Source of the DNA: Promethearchaeota archaeon
GTDB lineage: Archaea > Asgardarchaeota > Thorarchaeia > Thorarchaeales > Thorarchaeaceae
DNA: 32,000 bases
Direction: 5' to 3'
Assembly (NCBI GenBank): GCA_027031765.1
Contig: JALVPN010000077.1
Coordinates: 1 to 32,000, forward strand
Part shown: one piece after another, positions 1-8,998 of the stretch
Position numbering within the stretch: position 1 is the stretch's first letter
Layout of the letters: each line of letters opens with the position of its first letter
Position numbers and translations under genes: made by a program
Notes under the pieces: generated by a model
Databases searched by the model: none
What the model saw: the letters and a program-made list of their open reading frames with translations, nothing else
What the model was told of the DNA's origin: nothing

Positions 1-55
1 GAAGAGGGGAGGGGAGGGGAGGCGTAGAGGAGAGACCTCCCCCAGACATATCTGC
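1..55 (-). terminator. Putative pyrimidine-rich terminator region downstream of the PHP gene
   Basis: Directly after the stop at 56, the minus strand reads as a C/T-rich run (CCCCT repeats). On the plus strand, GGGGAGG and CCTCCCC form a short inverted repeat. Confidence 0.3.
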
Positions 56-2497
56 TCAGCCCCGCCTCCGCAGCCAGAGCACAATGCCGACCACGGCTAC
101 CAGCCCCACTGCACCAGCCACAATGTATGGGAGCAGCGCAGTGAGGTCAGCACCACCAGCAGGTGGTTCGACCGTTATTTCGCCGGACTCCAGTTCGAAC
201 GTTGTGCCCAGCGAGTCCGTCACTGTGACTGTGTACGTTATGGTCGTGCCGACCGGGTAGGGGCCAAGGCGCACCGAGAAGTACGACCGACCGCGCGTCA
301 TCTCGACCGTAGTGTCGCCAGAACCGTCGTCGTAGGTGATAACGGCCTTCTTCAGGTAGGCCATCGTTGAGCTGTGGAGCTGCAGCGTTAGCACGGTTTC
401 CACACCATCGGGGGTGGACTCGAAGGTCACGGTCCGGTTGTCAATCAGCAGGCCAAAACGCATCAGGAGTGGGAGCAACGAGCCAGAGCTGGACATTGGC
501 GTCACTGTGAGCCACCCCTCGGTATAGCCCGCAAGTCCAGCATGGCACGGATAGGCCACGCTGCCAGTATCACTGCCCGCAACATCGACCTCCACGTACG
601 TCTCGGTCGTGGAGGTGGTGCCGAACAGGAACAGTGTCGTGTTGACGGTAACCGCCGAGGCCATGCTGTTTGACACCCGGAGTGTCAGTGAAAAGTCGGA
701 GCCGGGGGCAACAGTCCGTGGGCTTGGCGACTCGATGCTCAGACTTGTGCCGAGGGCGAGGGGGGAAGTGGCGTTCCTTGCGAGCCTGAGTGCTCTCGCA
801 GGGTTCCACCAGCGCAGTGCGGTCTCTGCGGCCTCCACATACTCCATAGCCAGACCGACATCCTGTGAACCAGCAAGGGCTGTGACCTGGTCGCGTGCAC
901 TGGCGACTGTACTGTTGGCCTCGTCCCAGATCTCAAGCCAGCGGTCGACCCACACACCCTGTCCATAGACGAGGTTGTTGACCCGGTCGAGGATTACAAT
1001 CCGTCTGTTGAGCACCGCGTCTACAAAGTCCCACTCGTCCAGCAGTCCATGTCGACCGGCAGGGTGCCTCACGAACACCACATTGAGCATCTTGCCTACG
1101 AACTGCTGGCTGTGACCATCGCTTGCACCGAGGAAGTTCCTGAAGTAGCCCTCCTCTCCGCAACCGTGGAAATAGCCACTGTTGTCAACCTCAATTGCAT
1201 CATAGCCATATTGGTCGAAGGCCTCATACACCTCTGCGTAGGCCGGGGCGAGGGTCGGATGGGCAAGGACAGCAATCGCACCCTGTGCATGGATCCCGTC
1301 GACCATTTCCTGCTGCACGTTCGTGTAGACGTTCTCCTGTAGCGGGAAACCAACAGTGTGGCGGCCAGAGGAGAGCTCAGCACCCACGAACTGCTGGATG
1401 TACAGGTCATACTTCCTTGCAATTGCCCGCGCTGCCTGTGCCCCGGTCACACCGCCACGCGCAGCAGGCTTGTCATACGAGTGGTCCGTCAGCGTCATGA
1501 AGTCCAGGCCTACTAACAGGCCCTTTTCCAGCATCTGTTCGACAGTGTTCTGACCGTCACTATGGGTCGTGTGGTCGTGGTACAGGCCAACAAACGCCTC
1601 GTACCGGTCAAGTTCGGCGTCCGGGATGTCCGCCCCCGGGCCGACCCGGATCACCGCTTTGTCCGGCAGTACTGGTGCACGCTGTGGGTTGTGTGCCAGC
1701 CAGTCGACGACGTTTAGGGAGAACCGCGTGTGGTCGTCGATATGGCCCAAGGTGCTCCGGTCGTAGTCCATAAAGGGGCCCAGAGTGCCCACACAGACAA
1801 CACGACCAGCGCCAGTATCTGTCACGGCGATAATGGGATTGCCGTTGTAGGTCGCAACGGTCTCCGCTGGCGAAACGACCGTGAGACTGGCGCCCGACAG
1901 GTCACCGACACGTGTGATGAGCTGACCCACATCCGTGGTCACCGGGTGATCCGCGAGGTCCGTGACTATGGCCGAGACCTTGTCAGAGTTGAAGGTCACA
2001 CCGTACGGCTCGGAGACCGGGTTGAGGTTTGATGGGCCATAACCCCAGGCGTTTACGGAGTCCAGGCCCACTAGCAGCAGGCCCCCTCCGTTGGCGACAA
2101 AGCCGTGGACTGCCGTCACCTCCGCAGGTGATAGCGGCACCATGGGGAAGAACAGTGCGAGGACATCATAGTCGTTCAGAATCCCCGAGGCCAGCGATCT
2201 GTCAAAGTTGGTAGTTGTGTTGTATCCGCTCTCCTGCAATATCCAGCCAAATATCGATGCATTGCCCGGTGTCCAGAGACTGCTCGCATTCCTAGTGTGC
2301 GACTCGTCAAAGAGCACACGGCCCGGGCTCATCATCACTGCTGGGGCAACTGCACCGTGGTTACCGTTTGCGAACGGGCCCATAGCAGGGGGCACTAGGA
2401 GGACGGTGACAGTGAGGGCCAGCGAGAGTATACGCCACATCCGACTGTTCAATGTCTGACACTTCCCTAGACCATACCCGAATGTGTCCTGACTCAT
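56..2497 (-). CDS. Membrane-anchored surface protein: GIFT/DUF4350-like domain + PHP metallohydrolase domain + Ig-like region + C-terminal TM anchor
   Basis: N-terminal hydrophobic signal (RILSLALTVTVLLVPPAMG) and VLFDESH...LLLVG motif. PHP ligands are HDHTTHSDG, LTDH, GAE, AHP, EVDN and GASDGH. The C-terminus is a TM helix plus RRRG. Start placed at ATG 2497 (GAGTGA SD-like element upstream), with 2440 as an alternative. The ORF-track start at 2593 is probably too long. Confidence 0.75.
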   Translation of the reverse strand: MSQDTFGYGLGKCQTLNSRMWRILSLALTVTVLLVPPAMGPFANGNHGAVAPAVMMSPGRVLFDESHTRNASSLWTPGNASIFGWILQESGYNTTTNFDRSLASGILNDYDVLALFFPMVPLSPAEVTAVHGFVANGGGLLLVGLDSVNAWGYGPSNLNPVSEPYGVTFNSDKVSAIVTDLADHPVTTDVGQLITRVGDLSGASLTVVSPAETVATYNGNPIIAVTDTGAGRVVCVGTLGPFMDYDRSTLGHIDDHTRFSLNVVDWLAHNPQRAPVLPDKAVIRVGPGADIPDAELDRYEAFVGLYHDHTTHSDGQNTVEQMLEKGLLVGLDFMTLTDHSYDKPAARGGVTGAQAARAIARKYDLYIQQFVGAELSSGRHTVGFPLQENVYTNVQQEMVDGIHAQGAIAVLAHPTLAPAYAEVYEAFDQYGYDAIEVDNSGYFHGCGEEGYFRNFLGASDGHSQQFVGKMLNVVFVRHPAGRHGLLDEWDFVDAVLNRRIVILDRVNNLVYGQGVWVDRWLEIWDEANSTVASARDQVTALAGSQDVGLAMEYVEAAETALRWWNPARALRLARNATSPLALGTSLSIESPSPRTVAPGSDFSLTLRVSNSMASAVTVNTTLFLFGTTSTTETYVEVDVAGSDTGSVAYPCHAGLAGYTEGWLTVTPMSSSGSLLPLLMRFGLLIDNRTVTFESTPDGVETVLTLQLHSSTMAYLKKAVITYDDGSGDTTVEMTRGRSYFSVRLGPYPVGTTITYTVTVTDSLGTTFELESGEITVEPPAGGADLTALLPYIVAGAVGLVAVVGIVLWLRRRG

Positions 2498-2687
2498 AAG
2501 GATTTCACTCGTGACCATCACCGGGTCAAGTTCGGAAACAAGCAGGCAGGTAGCGGGTCGGCAGGACAGCGGCATGACAGATGATGGTGTCAAGGTACCA
2601 ATGAGAACTGTAATGAGTCAAGCCAACCCGTGGGGTGGAGTGGACTTCTAACGACGGCGGATGACAGAGGATGACAGAGTGTGGAGC

Positions 2688-2714
2688 GGAAGGGGGGAAG
2701 AGAAAGAAAAAGGG
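2688..2714 (-). terminator. Putative pyrimidine-tract terminator downstream of the 2771-3811 gene
   Basis: Purine run on + (GGAAGGGG...AGAAAGAAAAAGGGA) is a T/C-rich run on the coding minus strand, about 60 nt after the stop. Confidence 0.35.
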
Positions 2715-2770
2715 ACGAAGTAGCCGGTGGATGACCGGTCTACTTCAGTTCACATGTCACTTGCATTGGA

Positions 2771-3811
2771 CTATGCCGCACTCTTCTTCTTCATCATGAC
2801 AACGGCCACAATGATGACGATCACGACCACACCGATGCCACCGATGAGGAGTATCATGGTCATGTCGCCACCGGTGGCAACGTTCACGCCAAAGGTGAAT
2901 GCCTGTAGCACGAACCTGTTGCCCTGCAGTGGGACGCCATAGTACTCGTCGGCATACATGGGCATGTAGTCACCGTAGGGTGAAGCACCTGAAACAACCA
3001 AGACACTGCTGTGGGTCGGGCCCATCTTTGTCTCGATGGTAGCTGCAACGAAGGCCCCAGAGTCACCGTCGTTGTGCGCCACTGGAGCAATCATGTCAGC
3101 ATCGGCAATGGTCGCACTTGAGTTGTAGTAGAGGATGGGCTCCACGTTGGCAATGTGTGTGGTCTCAAGTGCCACCGGACTCTTGTTGGCCGCTGGGGTG
3201 TCACTGTTGCTGCCGTAGAGGAGCGTTGGGCCGTGCATGAGCACGTTCGTCACACCCTCGACAATTGATGAAACACTGGCATCAACGTCCGTATTGTTGG
3301 CCACGACACGGTAGGACGCCTGTGCATTGACATAGGCATCGCTCACGGAGGTCGGCTCGGGGTACACATGCGAGCCTACGGCCTCAAGCAGTACGGTCAT
3401 GTTGTTGTTGATGTATGCTGCGCCTTTGTAGTCAGAGTCACATCCAATCCACAGGAACTTGTTACCCGACTCGAACCAGTTCTTGACTGCAGTGACCTCA
3501 TCCTCTGTGAAGTTGTTGGTGACCCCATAGAGGGAGCCGATGAACAGCGCCACCGCATCCGACAGGACCGAGCTGTTCAGTCCGCCCTTCGCCCAGACCA
3601 CTGTGTAGCCCATCTGGGTCAGGTTGTTCTTGAGCCACAGGTCAGTGGTGTTCAGGAGCTTGTCTGCTGACTGACCATGAGAGTAGTCAAAGACAACTGT
3701 ACTCTTGCTCTGGGCGGTCACGGGCACAACTGGGATAACAAGAAATGTGGAAAAGAGTGCTGCAAGGATTGCAATGGTCAGGGCTCTCCTCGCGAGTATA
3801 TCTTTCCTCAT
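2771..3811 (-). CDS. Secreted, C-terminally anchored GIFT/DUF4350 (GldG/IFT52-like) domain glycoprotein
   Basis: Signal peptide (RRALTIAILAALFSTFLVIPVVPVTA), VVFDYSHGQ start motif, FLWIGCDSDY, and multiple N-x-S/T sequons. The C-terminus is a TM helix plus KKK. SD GGAGG lies upstream. Confidence 0.65.
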   Translation of the reverse strand: MRKDILARRALTIAILAALFSTFLVIPVVPVTAQSKSTVVFDYSHGQSADKLLNTTDLWLKNNLTQMGYTVVWAKGGLNSSVLSDAVALFIGSLYGVTNNFTEDEVTAVKNWFESGNKFLWIGCDSDYKGAAYINNNMTVLLEAVGSHVYPEPTSVSDAYVNAQASYRVVANNTDVDASVSSIVEGVTNVLMHGPTLLYGSNSDTPAANKSPVALETTHIANVEPILYYNSSATIADADMIAPVAHNDGDSGAFVAATIETKMGPTHSSVLVVSGASPYGDYMPMYADEYYGVPLQGNRFVLQAFTFGVNVATGGDMTMILLIGGIGVVVIVIIVAVVMMKKKSAA

Positions 3812-3873
3812 TCCGTCGGTGTCCTCCTTCTAATGGCTTAGCATTAGAAGATGAAATGTGTTTTCCCGCAACC

Positions 3874-3889
3874 TGATAAATCTTTTTCG
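3874..3889 (-). promoter_or_regulatory. Archaeal BRE-TATA promoter for the 2771-3811 gene
   Basis: Minus strand reads CGAAAAAGATTTATCA: a purine-rich BRE followed by a TTTAT box in an otherwise GC-rich region. Confidence 0.55.
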
Positions 3890-4180
3890 TGACACAGGAC
3901 GCGGGCCACGGCCCGCCAGAGGCCTCTGTACGACGGGCCCGGACCAGCAGACCCGGCTGGCGGCTCACGCAACATGTCGTGAGGCAGAGAAACAAGGGGC
4001 CGGGACACATCACTGAGCACGGACAGAGCATGTGGACAACTGCATGGCCCCGTCCCGACCAGGCGCCCCGTGTTGGCCCTCTGACCGTGTCAGCCCACGG
4101 CACCACGATACTGTACGGTCTCCACAACCCAGTGCCCTGCGGGAGCAACAGAGGCCCTGCACATGGACATCCGACCTGAC

Positions 4181-4197
4181 GCAACATTAATTATATC
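4181..4197 (+). promoter_or_regulatory. TATA-like promoter of the ABC transporter operon
   Basis: CATTAATTATAT AT-rich island about 60 nt before the SD-preceded ATG at 4254. Confidence 0.5.
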
Positions 4198-4253
4198 CGC
4201 AACACCCCCTTCGTCTGGAGCTGCATCTATGCACCCAAGCAGAGGAGTGTGAC

Positions 4254-5738
4254 ATGAGCGAGTTTGAAAGTGCTCGGAGCACAGGACGGATTGCGGCGGC
4301 AATCGTCGTAATCGTGATTGTCGGCGTGGCCGGCGTGATTGGGTTCATGTCCCTCACAGGCACTGGGCCCTTTGGGCCCGGGACTACACCGACAGGCACC
4401 ACAACGACCAATACCACCGCAGCCGGGATTACCCTGACAATACTGACGAGGCATGATGTGTCAATACACAGCGTGTTCGAGCCGGCGTTCCTTGCAACCG
4501 ACTTTGCGAAACAACACGGGATTACCGACATTCTGTGGAAGACGCCTTCAGCGGAGTTCTGGGATGACCTGATTGATGCGGGTCAGGTGGATGTGTGTTG
4601 GGGCGGAGGGCCGACCCTCTTCGACCAGCTCATGAGGGACGACCGCCTTGCACCACTCAACTCCACACACATGCAGCAGGTGGCTGCCCGCGTCAACGAC
4701 ACCATTGCTGGTGTGGCCATGAAACGCTACAACAGCCACGGCGACCTCGTCTGGGTTGCGGCTGCAATCTCCACCTTCGGGTTCACGGTCAACCATGCCT
4801 TCCTCGACGAGTACAGCCTCCCCGTCCCACACAAGTGGACAGACCTTGCCAATGCGACGTACGGGAAGTACCTCAAGGCAACACCGACGATAGCCATGGG
4901 CAACGCCCCGGACACCACATCGAACACAAGGATCTACGAGATTATCACCCAGGCCCTGGGATGGGAGGAGGGATGGATTACGATGGCGAGGATGGCTGGC
5001 AACGCGAGGATATACGGTGGCTCGGTGGAGACCCAGACCGCAGCAGAGAACGGTGATGTTGGCGTCTCGATGTCAATTGACTTCTATGGATACCTGACAC
5101 AGTACAGGAACCCGGACTGCGAGTACATCGTCCCCACAGGACAGTCGATTGTCAATGGTGACCCTATAGCAATCCCTGCCACGACTGACAAGAGGGAACT
5201 TGCCGAGGGGTTCCTAGACTTTGTCCTCTCGCCTGAAGGGCAGGCCCTGTGGCTTGACAACAGGATCAGGCGGATGCCTGTCATGGAGGAAGCGTTCCAC
5301 ACCCCCGCGGGCGAGGACGCGCAGGACCTCTATGCAGTGTACAACATGACCATCGAGAACAAGGGGATTGACTTCAATGACACGCTGTCACTGGAGATCA
5401 ACATGGCCTTCATCACGTACTTTGAGGCCGTGTTCACACGCGCACACACGGAGCTTGTGAACTGCTGGGAACTGATGGCAAAGGCGTACCTCGATGGACA
5501 CCTCACTGAGGAACAGCTGAACTCCTTCGCAGCACAGATGGGCACACCGGTGACCATTCAAGACCCCAAGACGGGGATATCACACAAGTTCACCGTGGAG
5601 TATGCGAGGATGATCAACAACATGATGATCTATGACCCCACGTATGCTGCCGCGGTGGAGAGTGCATGGACGACCGCTGCGAAGATCCAGTACAACAATG
5701 TCCACGACGCCGTAGCAGCAGTCATCCCGGCATCGTGA
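4254..5738 (+). CDS. ABC transporter substrate-binding protein (AfuA/FbpA Fe3+/thiamine/sugar-phosphate-like family)
   Basis: N-terminal TM anchor, Thr-rich linker, and the motifs DVCWGGG, WTDL, P..TTS and DPIAI...A..FLDFVLSPEGQ. It is the first gene of an SBP-permease-ATPase operon. Confidence 0.85.
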   Translation: MSEFESARSTGRIAAAIVVIVIVGVAGVIGFMSLTGTGPFGPGTTPTGTTTTNTTAAGITLTILTRHDVSIHSVFEPAFLATDFAKQHGITDILWKTPSAEFWDDLIDAGQVDVCWGGGPTLFDQLMRDDRLAPLNSTHMQQVAARVNDTIAGVAMKRYNSHGDLVWVAAAISTFGFTVNHAFLDEYSLPVPHKWTDLANATYGKYLKATPTIAMGNAPDTTSNTRIYEIITQALGWEEGWITMARMAGNARIYGGSVETQTAAENGDVGVSMSIDFYGYLTQYRNPDCEYIVPTGQSIVNGDPIAIPATTDKRELAEGFLDFVLSPEGQALWLDNRIRRMPVMEEAFHTPAGEDAQDLYAVYNMTIENKGIDFNDTLSLEINMAFITYFEAVFTRAHTELVNCWELMAKAYLDGHLTEEQLNSFAAQMGTPVTIQDPKTGISHKFTVEYARMINNMMIYDPTYAAAVESAWTTAAKIQYNNVHDAVAAVIPAS

Positions 5739-5758
5739 GATAGGAGCCGAGTAGACCC

Positions 5759-7831
5759 ATGACGACAGCCACAGAAGACAGGGTCGACACCAAGGAGGAG
5801 CCAACCGAGGAGGAACTCGTCCCCGACGACGTCGTCACAGACCTCACCACGTTTGTGAAGGGGCTCCCGGGTGCCGTCTGGTCTCGGCTGTCGTCATGGC
5901 GCCGCCATGCCCCGGACTCGCCGAGCAGGTGGGAACGCCTGCACGGGTTCATGAACGACCCACGTACGAATGGCAGGCTCTTGCTGGAACGGCTGAAGAC
6001 GAGGGCGCAGTCAGGATACCGCAACCTCCGGAGAGAGATGGACTCACTGTCATGGGTGCAACTGATGGCCGTCCTCTTCACCTTCGGCCTTTTCCTTGTG
6101 GCCCCACTGCTCAGCGTCATCCAGTACTCCTTCACGTACTATGGACAGCCATCAGTGCAGCACTTCATCAACCTCTTCTCTGACCCGAACATCTGGCCCT
6201 GGCACTATGATGCGCCGAGTCAGACATGGTACTCGTTCGTCCACCTTGACACGGTCCATGTCAGTGGCAATACCGTTGCAGTCCGTGGGTGGGACTTTGG
6301 GTCAATAGTCAACTCGATATACGTGGCCATAGTCGTGACAGTCCTCTCGGTCATTATTGGCGTGTTCCTTGCCTTTGTCGTTGCGAGGTACGATTTCTTT
6401 GGCAAGCGGGTCATCCGGACCCTGCTCATATTTCCAATCCTGGCCACACCCTTTGTGGGGGCCATTGGTATCAAGGCATTCCTCGGCCCGGCCGGTGTGA
6501 TCAACAACCTCTTCTACACCGCCCTCGGATGGTGGCCATACCGCATTGTCATCGAGGGGCTGGCCGCGGCCATATTCATCCAGACATTCTCCTTCTTTTC
6601 ACTGGTATACCTCAATGCCTACTCGTCCTTCATGGGAATTGACCCCTCCCTTGAGGAGCAGGCAGAGAACCTCGGTGCAACCGGGTTCACACTGTTCCGT
6701 ACTGTCACCCTGCCGCTTGCAATGCCGGGCATACAGGCCGGCGCGATATTGACGTTCATACTGAGCATGGAAGACCTCGGCACGCCAATCGTGTTCTACG
6801 ACACGGCTGACAACCAGACGACAAAGACCCTTGCATATCAGGTCTTTGACAGCATTGCCACCGGGGCTGGCACCATCCACCCCAAGGGCCCGGCCCTGGG
6901 CATGATACTGCTCGCATTCGCCCTCATCGGCTTCCTTGCCATCCGCAAGTATGCCGCACTGCGGTCGTATGAGGCCGGCACCAAGGGCGGCCAGTGGAAC
7001 CCGAGGACCCGGTGGCTGAGCGGTCGTGCCACACTGCTGCTCTACATCATATTGGTGCCCCTGCTGTTCCTGGCCCTGATACCCCAGATCAGCGTCATCA
7101 TCCTCTCGTTTGCCGGTGCGTGGCCGACGAACGCGGTACTGCCAGAGTGGACCCTCGGGAACTACCAGTACCTTGCGGACTACCCAGAGGTCGTACAGTC
7201 GATAGACCTGACACTCATCTACGGTGCGATTGCCACCGTGTTCATTGTCCTGCTGGGGACAAGCGCTGCTTACATCATAGCACGCAAGGAGATACCGGGC
7301 AAGACCGCATTCGACCTGCTCGTGACGTCGCCCATCGCACTACCCGGGATAGTCATCGCGACGGGGTACTTTACGCTCTTCTACAACACGCCGCTGTTCC
7401 CACCAGGGGGCCCGGCATTCCTCATCACAATGTCGTATACGGTACGGAAGTTCCCCTTCACCGTCAGGGCAGCGTATGCAGGACTACAGTCCACACCCGT
7501 TACCCTCGAAGAAGCATCACAGAGTGTGGGGGCGAGCAGGAACCAGACCTTCATGAAGATCACACTGCCGCTGATTGGCGTGAGCGTGCTGGCAGGCTCA
7601 CTCCTGTCATTCGTCTACTCTGTGAGCGAGGTCAGCACGAGCCTGATATTGGGAAGCGTGGGGAGGGAACAGGCGCCCATGACCTTCTGGACAAAGGAAA
7701 TCCTCGAGGCACAGGGAGGGACGAACCCGGCAGCGTGCCTCGGCGTGCTGATGATGAGCCTACAGATGGTGGTCATAACCATCACCAACAAGATCCTCGG
7801 GGCGAGGTCTTCTGCAATAACAGGCATATGA
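5759..7831 (+). CDS. ABC transporter permease, fused two-module FbpB/ThiP type
   Basis: About 12 hydrophobic segments and two EAA loops (LEEQAENLGAT, LEEASQSVGAS). Confidence 0.9.
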   Translation: MTTATEDRVDTKEEPTEEELVPDDVVTDLTTFVKGLPGAVWSRLSSWRRHAPDSPSRWERLHGFMNDPRTNGRLLLERLKTRAQSGYRNLRREMDSLSWVQLMAVLFTFGLFLVAPLLSVIQYSFTYYGQPSVQHFINLFSDPNIWPWHYDAPSQTWYSFVHLDTVHVSGNTVAVRGWDFGSIVNSIYVAIVVTVLSVIIGVFLAFVVARYDFFGKRVIRTLLIFPILATPFVGAIGIKAFLGPAGVINNLFYTALGWWPYRIVIEGLAAAIFIQTFSFFSLVYLNAYSSFMGIDPSLEEQAENLGATGFTLFRTVTLPLAMPGIQAGAILTFILSMEDLGTPIVFYDTADNQTTKTLAYQVFDSIATGAGTIHPKGPALGMILLAFALIGFLAIRKYAALRSYEAGTKGGQWNPRTRWLSGRATLLLYIILVPLLFLALIPQISVIILSFAGAWPTNAVLPEWTLGNYQYLADYPEVVQSIDLTLIYGAIATVFIVLLGTSAAYIIARKEIPGKTAFDLLVTSPIALPGIVIATGYFTLFYNTPLFPPGGPAFLITMSYTVRKFPFTVRAAYAGLQSTPVTLEEASQSVGASRNQTFMKITLPLIGVSVLAGSLLSFVYSVSEVSTSLILGSVGREQAPMTFWTKEILEAQGGTNPAACLGVLMMSLQMVVITITNKILGARSSAITGI

Positions 7832-7840
7832 GGTGACATC

Positions 7841-8998
7841 ATGGTCGAGATCAGACTTGAGGACCTGAGAAAGACCTTCGGAGATGTCGTGGCCACAGAC
7901 CGTGTCACTCTGACCCTGAAGGAGGGACAACTGTCAACACTGCTCGGGCCAAGCGGCTGTGGGAAGACCACGCTGCTGCGGCTGATTGCAGGCTTCTACA
8001 CACCTGACAGCGGGCGGATATACTTTGACGACCGTGATGTCACGGATGTCCCGCCCCACAAACGGAACACAGGCATGTGCTTCCAGAACTATGCCCTGTG
8101 GCCCCACATGACCGTGTTCGAGAACATAGCCTACGGCCTGAAGCTCAAGCGCATCAACGGGATGAAGTACACCAAGAGTGCCATAGAGCGGAGGGTGAGA
8201 GAGGCCCTGGAACTCGTCCGTCTGGAAGGGCTCGGTGACAGGCACATACACCAGCTCTCTGGTGGACAGCAGCAGAGGGTGGCCCTGGCCAGAGCACTTT
8301 CCATCGAACCGGATGTGCTCCTGCTGGACGAGCCGCTCTCCAACCTGGATGCCAAGCTCAGACTGGAGATGCGCGAGGAGATAATCAGGATCCAGAAAGA
8401 GCTGAGGATAACCACGGTCTACGTGACACACGACCAGCGGGAGGCACTCAGCATCTCCGACATGGTGGCAGTGATGGACCGGGGATACGTACAGCAGTTT
8501 GGCCCTCCAAGAGAGATCTACGCGAGGCCCCAGACCATATTCGTCGCGGACTTCATAGGCCAGTGCACCTTCATCGACGGCGTCATAGAAACAGTAGGCG
8601 AAGAGCTCCATGTCCGCCTGCCCAATGGTGCACTGATCAAGGGTGTCGGGACAATTGATGGCTACCCCTTCGAAGAGGGCGAACAGGTGAAGTGTGCAGT
8701 ACGGCCCGAAGACCTTCTCATGAGCCGCTCGGACAGCTCCGACAACGAGATTGCCGGTGTCGTGACACGTACCATATACGTGGGCAATTCGCTTGAGGTC
8801 TACTTCAAGGTCGGCGACATACCGGCGGAGGCCCTGTTGCCGCCCGACGCTGACGTCAAGATTGGTGACGAGCTCCATCTGTACGCCCCGGTCCGGGATG
8901 TGATGGTGCTCCCACTTGGTGGAGTCCACGCCCTCGAGAAGGTGCCGGGACACTACATGGCACGTCAGACCGCCCCTACGACCGCTTCGAGTGCCTAG
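7841..8998 (+). CDS. ABC transporter ATP-binding protein (PotA/FbpC family) with C-terminal TOBE-like region
   Basis: Walker A GPSGCGKT, signature LSGGQQQR, Walker B LLLDE, H-loop VTHD. Confidence 0.93.
   Translation: MVEIRLEDLRKTFGDVVATDRVTLTLKEGQLSTLLGPSGCGKTTLLRLIAGFYTPDSGRIYFDDRDVTDVPPHKRNTGMCFQNYALWPHMTVFENIAYGLKLKRINGMKYTKSAIERRVREALELVRLEGLGDRHIHQLSGGQQQRVALARALSIEPDVLLLDEPLSNLDAKLRLEMREEIIRIQKELRITTVYVTHDQREALSISDMVAVMDRGYVQQFGPPREIYARPQTIFVADFIGQCTFIDGVIETVGEELHVRLPNGALIKGVGTIDGYPFEEGEQVKCAVRPEDLLMSRSDSSDNEIAGVVTRTIYVGNSLEVYFKVGDIPAEALLPPDADVKIGDELHLYAPVRDVMVLPLGGVHALEKVPGHYMARQTAPTTASSA

Noticed and set aside
6-22. GGGGA repeats as a G-quadruplex
   Set aside because: Only three full G-runs are visible and the tract is cut by the window edge. 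A terminator on the minus strand is the simpler reading.
3889-4179. Small ORFs in the divergent gap before the SBP
   Set aside because: They have no SD or motif and overlap the promoter region of the flanking genes.
8976-8998. 23-nt convergent overlap between the ABC ATPase and tgtA
   Set aside because: Short 3' overlaps are common in compact archaeal genomes.
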